Part shown: piece by piece, positions 19,458 through 27,821 of the stretch
How positions within the stretch are numbered: position 1 is the first letter of the stretch
How the letters are laid out: every line of letters starts with the position of its first letter
NCBI GenBank assembly: GCA_963712745.1
Contig: CAVQJC010000011.1
Coordinates: forward strand, 320,001 to 384,000
Length of the DNA: 64,000 nucleotides
Source of the DNA: an uncultured Chloroflexia bacterium
Lineage (GTDB): Bacteria; Chloroflexota; Limnocylindria; Limnocylindrales; CSP1-4
Direction of reading: 5' to 3'
The notes under the pieces: generated by a model
Seen by the model: the letters and a program-made list of their open reading frames with translations, nothing else
The model's database searches: none
Told to the model about the DNA's origin: nothing
Made by a program: the position numbers and the translations under genes

Positions 19458-19482
19458 GCGGCGACGAGGAGCGGGCTAGGCT
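19454..19482 (+). promoter_or_regulatory. Putative sigma70-type promoter TTGAGC-N17-TAGGCT for STAND gene 2
   Basis: Same -35, -10 and spacing as 15962-15990; the -35 overlaps the paralog 1 stop codon. Confidence 0.65.
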
Positions 19483-19519
19483 GGCACTCACGCGGGACGC
19501 TACGTGCGAGGGAGGGCGG

Positions 19520-22500
19520 ATGACGCCGAGGCAGCCCCGGTTCGATGTCGATGAGGCCGATCTACCGTCGGCTGAACCTGCATCCCTGGGCGACGGTCAC
19601 GGGCCATCCCAGCTGGTCACCTGCCTGGTCATCGACCTCGCCGAGTCGAACGCGGTCCTTGAGCGGCTCGGCGAGGGGCGTGGGGATGCCTCGCGTAGCG
19701 CATACCCGACGCTTCTGCGCAACGCTCTTGTCGCTCAGCATGGCCGGGAGCTTTCACGCCGCGACGATCGCGTGCTGGCTGCGTTCGACGTGCCTACGGA
19801 GGCCGTGGCCTGTGCCGTGGCCGTGGTGCGCTCAGCCGAGCGGCACAACCGGCGGCAGGCTGGCAGGCTCGACGTCCGCGTCGGGATCCAGATCGGCGAA
19901 GCTGACGAAGCGGCGTTGACCTCCGAGCGCGGCGACCTCATCGCTCGTCCCGCGATACAAGCAGCGCAATTGTGCGCTGCAGCCGCCGACGGCCAGATCC
20001 TGGTCTCCGATCTGGTGGCGGTCCTGACCCGCGCCGACTTGTCCATCCGCTTCGAGCGCGCCGGCCTCCTCGACATCGCCGAGGCGACCGATCCGTTGCC
20101 CACCTTCGAGGTGGTCCACCGCGAGCTTCCCAGCGACCGCCCGCCGTTGCCGCCGGGGCTGGCTGCGCGGCCCTCCGGCCGCTGTTCGTTCGTGGGCCGC
20201 GGAGCGGAGCGCGAACACCTGTTGAGGCTGTGGGCCGCGGCCGCCGACGGCGAGCGCCGCCTGGTCTTCGCGCTGGGCGAGCCCGGCATCGGCAAGAGCC
20301 GTCTGGCGGCCGAGTTCGCGGCCGAAGCGCACGCCGACGGGGCCGTCGTACTCTCCGGCCGCTCGTTCGAGGAGTCGATCGTCCCCTACCAGCCATTCGT
20401 CGAGGCCCTGCGTCAGTACGTCGCCGACTGCGATCCTGCCGGGCTCGAGGCACAGCTGAGCCCCGACCCGACCGCGCTCCTGACGCTCGTGCCGGAGCTC
20501 GCGGCTCGCATCCCGTCGCCCGCGACCCGCGAAACGAACGAGGGCGATCGCTACCGGCTATTCGATGCGGTCGCCGCCTTGCTCTCGACCATCTCCGTCA
20601 GTTCGCCGGTGCTGCTCGTGCTCGACGACCTGCAGTGGGCCGATCCGGCCACACTGCTCCTGCTCAAGCACATCGCGCTCGATCCACGCCCCGCCTCGAT
20701 GCTCATCCTTGGGCTCTACCGCGACACCGAGGTCGGGATGTCGCACCCGCTGACCCAGCTGCAGGCCGACGTCGAGCGGGATCTCGCCATCGACCGCGTC
20801 TCGCTGGCCGGCCTTGCCGACGCCGACGTCGCCAGCATGCTCGACGAGATGATCGGCTGGTCACCACCATCAGCCGTGGCCCGTGGGCTACGCGAAGAGA
20901 CCGAGGGCAATCCGTTCTTCCTGCAGGAGGTCATCCACCAGCTCGACGAGTCGGGTATCACGACCGACCGCGAACGCCTGCTTCGCGGGCACCTCGTCTC
21001 GGGGGGGCTCGAGGTACCCGATCGCGTCCGGGACTTCGTCGCCCGGCGCCTGCAGCGTCTTGCGCCCGCTGCGCTCGAGATCCTCGGCGCGGCCGCGATT
21101 GTGGGCACGGAGTTCAGCCTCGACGTCCTTGCACGGGTGCTGGTGGCCGATCCGAGCCGACTCGTCGACGACCTCGAGGAGGCCGTGGAGGCACGCCTGG
21201 TCATCGAGATCCCCGGTCGCGCCGGCACGTACGCCTTCACGCATGCGCTCTTCCAGCAGACGCTCCACGACCGGCACGGCAGCAACCGACGGGCCTCGCT
21301 CCATGCGCGCGTGGCCGATGCCATCGAGACGCTGCACCCGGACGATCCATCGGCGCTGTCGGACCTGGCCCGGCACTACGCACTGACCGCCGGACGCTAC
21401 GCGGAGAAGGTCGTCCTCTACGGTGCAGCGGCTGGTGACCGCGCCTTCGCGCAGCTGGCGTACGAAGATGCGCTACAGGAGTACGGCCGGGCGCTCGACG
21501 CGCTTCCGCTGGTGGCTTCGGCCGACGAGCTGACAAAGGCTGACCTGCTGGTGCGTCTGGGTGAGGCCCAGACGCGTGTCGGCGACGCGGCAGCTGCCAA
21601 GCGGTCCTTCCTCGCGGCCGCCGAACACTGCGTCGACGAGGGCTCGTCCAGCATCCTCGCTCGGGCTGCACTGGGCTACGGGGGCACCGGCAAGTTCGGC
21701 GGCATCTTCGATTCCTTCCAGGTGGTCAACGAGACCCTGGTGGGTCTGCTCGAGCGTGCCATCGAGGCCTGTCCGCACGACGAGCAAGCCACACGCGTCC
21801 GACTGCTGGGACGCCTGGCACAGGCGCTGTACTGGTCGGACGACCGGGAGCGCATGCTCACGCTGAGCCAGGAGGCACTCGACTCCGCTCGCTGCATCGG
21901 CGACCCTACGGTCATCGCTCATGCCCTCCACAGCCGCCATGTCGCGCTGTGGCATCCCGACCACCTCCCGCAGATCCGCGCGGCTGCCGAGGAGATGCTC
22001 GCGCTGGGCGAGTCGGAGGGCGACCGGGACATCCAGCTGAAGGCCTACACCTGGCTCATCACCGACGCCTTGGAGACCGATCCATTCGAGGTCGTGGACC
22101 AGTACGTCGCGGGCTATGTCGGGCTTGCCGAGGAGCTCCACCGGCCCTACCTGCTTGGATACGCGGACGCCATCCGCGCAGCACGCGCACATCTCGAGGG
22201 TCGTTTCGACGAGATGGCCCGGCTGATGGGCGCCCAGCTCGCCCATACCGATGGGGCCTACGCGCGCCGCGCGAAGGAGGCGCACCGCTGGCAGCTGGGG
22301 TTGCTCCTGCTGGACATCGGTCGTGTCGACGATGCCCTGATCGTCGAGCTCTCCGAGCGTGCGGCCCGTCACCCGGGGCCCACGTTCAGGGCGATGCTGG
22401 CGTTGGCCTACGCTACAGTGGACCGCCGGGACGAAGCCGCCGCGGAGCTGGCCGGGTTGGCCAACGGAGACCTTGGCTCGATCGCGAGGGATTGCATGTG

Positions 22501-22945
22501 GGCAGCCACGCTGGCCATGCTTGCGCGGGTCGTCTCTAGGCTCGAGGCGGTCGAGCACGCCCGTTCCCTGTACGACCTGCTTGCGCCCTATGCCGACCGC
22601 AACTGCCTGTGGGGCTCCGGGTTCATGATCCTGGGACCCATCAGCCGCTATCTGGGCAGGCTGGCCACGACATTCGGCGAGCCCGACCAGGCTCTGGCGC
22701 ACCTCGAGCATGCACTTGGACGCTGCCACGAACTGGGCTCGCCTCCGCTGATCGCGAGGACGAAGGTCTCGATGGCGCGGGCGCTGTCACGACGCGGCCT
22801 CGAAGGCGATGAGGCGCGCGCGCGCATCCTGCTCGCGGAAGCGAGCCGTAGTGCTTCCGAGATGGGGATGCCCGGGCTGGCCGATAGTTGCAGGCAAGTG
22901 TTCGCGGAGATCGGACCCCGCGTGAGCGAGGCCCCAGCCCGATGA
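19520..22945 (+). CDS. Degenerate class III cyclase + STAND/AAA ATPase + TPR-like protein, paralog 2
   Basis: Colinear with paralog 1 and carries the same Walker motifs; ATG 19520 follows GGAGGG. Confidence 0.88.
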   Translation: MTPRQPRFDVDEADLPSAEPASLGDGHGPSQLVTCLVIDLAESNAVLERLGEGRGDASRSAYPTLLRNALVAQHGRELSRRDDRVLAAFDVPTEAVACAVAVVRSAERHNRRQAGRLDVRVGIQIGEADEAALTSERGDLIARPAIQAAQLCAAAADGQILVSDLVAVLTRADLSIRFERAGLLDIAEATDPLPTFEVVHRELPSDRPPLPPGLAARPSGRCSFVGRGAEREHLLRLWAAAADGERRLVFALGEPGIGKSRLAAEFAAEAHADGAVVLSGRSFEESIVPYQPFVEALRQYVADCDPAGLEAQLSPDPTALLTLVPELAARIPSPATRETNEGDRYRLFDAVAALLSTISVSSPVLLVLDDLQWADPATLLLLKHIALDPRPASMLILGLYRDTEVGMSHPLTQLQADVERDLAIDRVSLAGLADADVASMLDEMIGWSPPSAVARGLREETEGNPFFLQEVIHQLDESGITTDRERLLRGHLVSGGLEVPDRVRDFVARRLQRLAPAALEILGAAAIVGTEFSLDVLARVLVADPSRLVDDLEEAVEARLVIEIPGRAGTYAFTHALFQQTLHDRHGSNRRASLHARVADAIETLHPDDPSALSDLARHYALTAGRYAEKVVLYGAAAGDRAFAQLAYEDALQEYGRALDALPLVASADELTKADLLVRLGEAQTRVGDAAAAKRSFLAAAEHCVDEGSSSILARAALGYGGTGKFGGIFDSFQVVNETLVGLLERAIEACPHDEQATRVRLLGRLAQALYWSDDRERMLTLSQEALDSARCIGDPTVIAHALHSRHVALWHPDHLPQIRAAAEEMLALGESEGDRDIQLKAYTWLITDALETDPFEVVDQYVAGYVGLAEELHRPYLLGYADAIRAARAHLEGRFDEMARLMGAQLAHTDGAYARRAKEAHRWQLGLLLLDIGRVDDALIVELSERAARHPGPTFRAMLALAYATVDRRDEAAAELAGLANGDLGSIARDCMWAATLAMLARVVSRLEAVEHARSLYDLLAPYADRNCLWGSGFMILGPISRYLGRLATTFGEPDQALAHLEHALGRCHELGSPPLIARTKVSMARALSRRGLEGDEARARILLAEASRSASEMGMPGLADSCRQVFAEIGPRVSEAPAR

Positions 22946-24552
22946 GCGAGTCTGGAGCGGCGGGCGCCGCACTCACCATCGCGGACGAGGTGGAGCGCAT
23001 CGCACCAGGCGCGACCTGGCGGGAGCTGTGCCGATGGCCGCCCGACGTCTTCGCAGCCACCGGTTCGATCCTGGCGGACTCGGGCGCCTACCGCAGCGTT
23101 GTCTGCCCACCGGAGGGGAGGTCTTGGCCGCCGCCGATCGATGGCGATGGCGAGACGGAGTGGGAGCGGGCGATCCCGCGCGCGGGTGGCGAGTGGGCCG
23201 AGTGGTCCTCGGCGTCGGAGCTCATCGGCGATCCGCCGGCGCCTGTGGACCGGTTCGTCACTGCCCTTGACGCGGCCGGCGACACGCCCATCACTGAGCT
23301 CGACGAGCCGCCCAGCTGGGAGACGGTGACGGCGCTGTTCGGTCTCCATGCCATGGCCGACGAGGCCAGTGCCGGGGCTGGTCTCGACTCGGCCACGAAG
23401 TTCCAAAGAGTGGCCCTCGAGACGCTCGAGGCGACCGGCTCGCTCTCGCGCCTGCCCACCGATCGCGTGCGCGTGCTGCCCAAGCTCAGGCCCCCCGAAT
23501 CCGGGATCACGCTGCGCTCGATCTCTCACAACCTTGCGCTCGATCGTTCGGAGGTGCGCACTACCTGGCTGCGGGCACCGGCACCACGGTCCAACGCTCC
23601 GGCCTCACAACGTGGTCGTCTGACGCTCCTGCTCGTGCCTTTCCCGTCCAACGTGCATGCCAATGACTTCCGTCCCGTCCGCGGTCCGCTGCTGAACATG
23701 GACAGCAGCCGCTACGGCTTCTTCGAGTACGCTCCCACCGAGCCGCTCGACCTCGAACGCATCATCGCTCTGGTGAGGTCCGCGCAGCTGCGTGTCGGTG
23801 CCATCGACGCGGTCGTGCTGCCGGAGGCCGCCCTCGACGAATCGGTCGTGGCGGATCTCCAGGAGCTCGTGTGCGGGGTCGGAGTCCCATATCTCATCGC
23901 CGGCGTCCGCCGGGCGGCGACCGAGGACGAGCCGTTCGCCACGAACTACGCCTACTTTGGTGGCGCCGGCTGGCACGCGGCCCAGCACAAGCACCACCGC
24001 TGGTGCCTGGACCCGACCCAGGTGCACCAGTACCACCTTGGCGCGGCGCTCGAGCCGAACCACCGCTGGTGGGAGGCCATCCGCATCCAGCGGCGGAGTC
24101 TCAACTTCATCACCACCGCCGAGCCTGAGGGCCTGACCATCTGCCCGCTCGTGTGCGAGGACCTCGCGCGGCCGGACCCGGTAACCGACGTCATCCGGGC
24201 AGTGGCGCCGACGCTGGTGGTCGGGCTCCTGCTCGATGGGCCGCAGCTGGTGGCTCGCTGGCCGGCACGCTACGCCAGCGTGCTCGCGGACGACCCGGGC
24301 AGCTCAGTGCTGACGCTGACCGCGCTGGGCATGGCCTGGCGCAGCCAGCCGTCGGGCTTCGACGCATCCCGCGTCATCGCCCTGTGGAAGGACCCGCACC
24401 GCGGCCTCCAGCAGATCGCCCTCGCTCGGGATGCGCGAGCGGTAGCGTTGACCGCGCACCGCCGTGAGGTGGAGGTGGTCTCGGCCGACGGACGTACGAG
24501 CTCGCATCCGGTCTCCGAGCTGGTCCTGTCGGGGCTGGAGCAGATCGATTGA
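22942..24552 (+). CDS. Carbon-nitrogen hydrolase (nitrilase-fold) protein with an uncharacterised N-terminal domain
   Basis: E-K-C triad motifs VVLPEAAL, QHKHHRW and LVCEDLARPDP; ATGA overlap with the upstream stop. Confidence 0.75.
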   Translation: MSESGAAGAALTIADEVERIAPGATWRELCRWPPDVFAATGSILADSGAYRSVVCPPEGRSWPPPIDGDGETEWERAIPRAGGEWAEWSSASELIGDPPAPVDRFVTALDAAGDTPITELDEPPSWETVTALFGLHAMADEASAGAGLDSATKFQRVALETLEATGSLSRLPTDRVRVLPKLRPPESGITLRSISHNLALDRSEVRTTWLRAPAPRSNAPASQRGRLTLLLVPFPSNVHANDFRPVRGPLLNMDSSRYGFFEYAPTEPLDLERIIALVRSAQLRVGAIDAVVLPEAALDESVVADLQELVCGVGVPYLIAGVRRAATEDEPFATNYAYFGGAGWHAAQHKHHRWCLDPTQVHQYHLGAALEPNHRWWEAIRIQRRSLNFITTAEPEGLTICPLVCEDLARPDPVTDVIRAVAPTLVVGLLLDGPQLVARWPARYASVLADDPGSSVLTLTALGMAWRSQPSGFDASRVIALWKDPHRGLQQIALARDARAVALTAHRREVEVVSADGRTSSHPVSELVLSGLEQID

Positions 24553-24718
24553 CTGCCCGCAGGCCAGTCGAGTTCGGACACCCGGTGACCGGCTGGTCGG
24601 GCGACCGGCCACGTGCCCTGAGAAGACTCCCCGCGTCCGAGACAGGGAGGGGCGGCGCCCGTGGGTCCGGGAGCCGCCTGGAGGAGGTCGCATAGGGGCG
24701 TTGGCGCCCCGGCATGCC

Positions 24719-26031
24719 CTACGCCAGCAGCTCTTGGGCCACGGTAGCGGCCGTGGCGGCGTCCTTGGCGAAGCCGTCGGCCCTGATCTCGGCCGCGAAC
24801 TCGTCGGTCACCGGGACGCCACCGACCATGACCTTGGCCGCGGGCGCCGCCGCGCGCATGGCGCTGACCGCGTCCTTCATGCCCATCATCGTGGTGGTCA
24901 GGAGGGCGCTGATGCCGACGATGTCGGCGCCGTGCTCCACCGCGCTGTCGGCGAAGGCCGCGGGCCAGCCGTTGGTGACGAGATCGACGATCTCGTGCAC
25001 GGTTTCATACAACTCGATGGTGTTCTCGATGGGCGTTTCGGGCAGAACGTAGTCGTGGCTGGGGGAGGCGACATAGCCGCCACCGGGCATCATGACCTCC
25101 AGGACCTCGCGAGTCCTGCTCCTCACGAGGTCGGGAGTGCCCTCGAGGACGAACTTGGTATCGATGCAGCCGTTCATCAGGATCCGGTCGCCGAACGCCG
25201 CCTTCAGTTCAGACGGCTCCATGCCCCCGGCGGATGGCTGCAGTGCCTGCAAGCCATCCAGGCCGATCTCGATCATCGTGGGGATGAGGGGCGCAAAGCC
25301 GCCGTAGCAATGCATCATCACCTTCAGGCCGTAGTCATGACCGAGCTCCACCAGGCGCTTCAGGTGCGGGGCGAAGAAGCGACGGAAGGTGGCTTCGCTC
25401 ATCAGCGGCCCGTTCATGCCGCCGAAATCGTTGCCGATGAAGAAGATGTCGATGAGATCGGCCGCCGCGTCGAAGATGCGCTCGCTGACCCCGAAGTAGT
25501 AGTCCACGATGTCCTCGTGGAGGGCTTCCACCAGCTCGGGTTCCTCGTACATCTTGACGAGGAGGTTCTCCATGTCGAGCAGGTCGATGGCGTCGCGCCA
25601 GAAGGGGGACCAGTCCCCCCAGGATCGCGTACTCCCCCTGCCAGTCTCCGATCTCCGCCCGGATGCCAGCGGCACTCATCCAGGCCGGATCGGGCCAGGG
25701 ATAGTCGTGCACCTCTCGTAGCGTGGCGCCGGCTAGCGGGTGACTCCGGGGCATGCCACAGCCGTAACCGTGCCGCTCCACGCCGAAGGGCAAGCGCTAC
25801 GTGAAGCCCGGGGCCAGGTTCGCATCGGGGCCGGATCCGATAGGCCCCGCGTAGGTCGCGTGCACGCGCCTGAAGTCATCTCCCAGGAAGACCGACAGGG
25901 CTTCGTCATCCGGCAACCCCAGGTGGTCGAACATCGCCTGCCTGGTCTCAGGGGCAGCGCCGAACCATGCTGGCACCGCGGTCCGGTTCCTCGAAGGCGA
26001 AGGCTGCCAACACGCGGTCCCTGGATGTCAT
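24719..26031 (-). pseudogene. UroD/MtaA-family methyltransferase-like gene with two frameshifts and an in-frame TAG, fused to the C-terminal half of a cobalamin-binding domain
   Basis: Starts MTSRDRVLAAF..EPDR; shift near 25980; TAG at 25797-25799; shift near 25612; then GNDFG, MHCYG and PGGGYVASPSH; then GISALLTTTM..VMVGG without DxHxxG. Confidence 0.7.
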
Positions 26032-26078
26032 GGTGCCCCATCAGCCACGTCAGTCCCCCTCGCTGCGCCCCGTATCCA

Positions 26079-27792
26079 CGCTAGAACAGGCCGACCGGGC
26101 GTCCCTGCTCGTCGATGTCGACGTTCTCACCGGCAGGACGGCTGGGCAGGCCCGGCATCGTGCGCATGTCGCCCGCGAGCGGGTAGATGAAGCCCGCGCC
26201 CGCGGCCAGCTTGACCTCGCGGATGGGCACCCGGAAGCCGGACGGCCGGCCCAGCAGCGCCGGATCGTGCGACATCGAGAGGTGGGTCTTGGCCATGCAC
26301 ACCGGCAGGTGGCTGTAGCCCAGCCGGTCGTACTCGGCCAGGGCCTTGGCCGCGGCCGGCGCGAGGTCGATGCCGTCGGCCCCATAGACCTTCGTGGCGA
26401 TGGTCTCGATCTTCTCGAGCAGCGGCATCGCGTCGGGGTAGAGCAGCCTGAACTCGGACGGCTCGGACGCCGCCTCCCACACCGCCGCGGCCAGCGCTTC
26501 TGACCCGGCCCCGCCGTCGGCCCAGTGGGTGGTCACGACCGCATCGCGGGCGCCGGCTGCCAGCGCCACCTCGCGGATGACCTCGAACTCCGAGGCGGCG
26601 TCACCCGGGAAGGCGTTGATGGCCACCACCACCGGCACGCCGTACTGGCGCACCAGCTCGATCTGGGCGGCGAGGTTCTGGCCACCCGCGCGCACCGCCT
26701 CGGGGTCCTCCGCCAGCAGCGCCGGGTCGAGCGGCTTGCCGGCCACGATGCGACCCACGCCACCGTGCATCTTCAGGGCCCGCACCGTGGCCACCACCAC
26801 CGCGGCATCGGGCGCCATGCCCGAGGCGCGGCACTTGATGTCGAAGAACTTCTCTGCCCCCATGTCCGCGCCGAAGCCGGCCTCGGTGACGACGATGTCG
26901 CTGGTCGCCAGGGCGACCCGGTCGGCGAGGATGGAGCTGTTGCCATGGGCGATGTTGGCGAAGGGCCCGGCATGGACGAAGGCCGGCCCGCCCTCGAGGG
27001 TCTGCAGCAGGTTGGGCTTGATGGCATCGAGCAGGAGCACGGTCATGGCCCCGGCCACGCCCAGGTCCTCGGTCGTGACCGCTTTCCCCGACCGGTCGGT
27101 GGCGAGCACGATGCGACCCAGCCGCGCGCGCAGGTCGAAGACGTCGGTGGCGAGGGCCAGGATGGCCATGACCTCGCTGGCCACGGTGATGACGAACTCG
27201 CTCTCGCGCGGCACCCCGTTGACCTTGCCGCCGAGGCCGATGTTGACCTTGCGCAGGGCGCGGTCGCTGATGTCGACCACCCGCGGCCAGGTGATCGAAT
27301 AGGGGTCGATGTCGAGCGGATCGCCATGGTGGAGGCTGTTGTCGAGGAAGGCGCTCGCGAGGTTGTGCGCGGCGCCGATGGCGTGCACGTCACCGGTGAG
27401 GTGGAGGTTGAAGTCCTCCATGGGGATGATCTGCGAATAGCCGCCGCCGGCGGCCCCGCCCTTGATGCCGAAGACCGGGCCCAGCGAGGGCTGGCGGATG
27501 GCGACCGCGGCCGTGTGGCCGATGCGGTTGAGACCCTGCACCACACCGACGGTGGTGGTGGTCTTGCCCTCGCCCAGCGGGGTCGGCGTGATGGCGGTCA
27601 TGACCACGTACCGGCCGCGCGGGTTCTCGCGCTCGACACGTCTGAGCCCCTCGAGCGTGACCTTGGCCTTGGTCGCGCCGTAGGGTTCGATCTCATCGGG
27701 CCGCAGCCCGAGCTCGGCAGCGATGTCGGTGATGGGCCGGGGGGTGACCGAGCGGGCGATGTCGAGGTCGGTCAGGGCGGTCATGGATGGTC
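26079..27792. repeat. About 1.71-kb direct repeat, copy 1 (partner 55938..57651, offset 29,859 bp)
   Basis: The Fhs proteins and the off-frame ORF translations are identical between copies; identity ends 8 nt upstream of the ATG and 2 nt past the stop. Confidence 0.95.
26081..27784 (-). CDS. fhs: Formate-tetrahydrofolate ligase, copy 1
   Basis: TPTPLGEGKTT, GIKGGAAGGGY, HAGPFANIAHG, VATVRALKMHGG and TMPGL motifs. Confidence 0.98.
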   Translation of the reverse strand: MTALTDLDIARSVTPRPITDIAAELGLRPDEIEPYGATKAKVTLEGLRRVERENPRGRYVVMTAITPTPLGEGKTTTTVGVVQGLNRIGHTAAVAIRQPSLGPVFGIKGGAAGGGYSQIIPMEDFNLHLTGDVHAIGAAHNLASAFLDNSLHHGDPLDIDPYSITWPRVVDISDRALRKVNIGLGGKVNGVPRESEFVITVASEVMAILALATDVFDLRARLGRIVLATDRSGKAVTTEDLGVAGAMTVLLLDAIKPNLLQTLEGGPAFVHAGPFANIAHGNSSILADRVALATSDIVVTEAGFGADMGAEKFFDIKCRASGMAPDAAVVVATVRALKMHGGVGRIVAGKPLDPALLAEDPEAVRAGGQNLAAQIELVRQYGVPVVVAINAFPGDAASEFEVIREVALAAGARDAVVTTHWADGGAGSEALAAAVWEAASEPSEFRLLYPDAMPLLEKIETIATKVYGADGIDLAPAAAKALAEYDRLGYSHLPVCMAKTHLSMSHDPALLGRPSGFRVPIREVKLAAGAGFIYPLAGDMRTMPGLPSRPAGENVDIDEQGRPVGLF

Positions 27793-27821
27793 GTCCTCCT
27801 CGTCGTGTGATGGCGCCGGGC

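Noticed and set aside
25797-25799. Pyrrolysine read-through of the TAG in a methyltransferase-like gene
   Set aside because: Pyl is known from MttB, MtbB and MtmB rather than UroD-fold proteins; the gene has other lesions and no pyl genes are visible.
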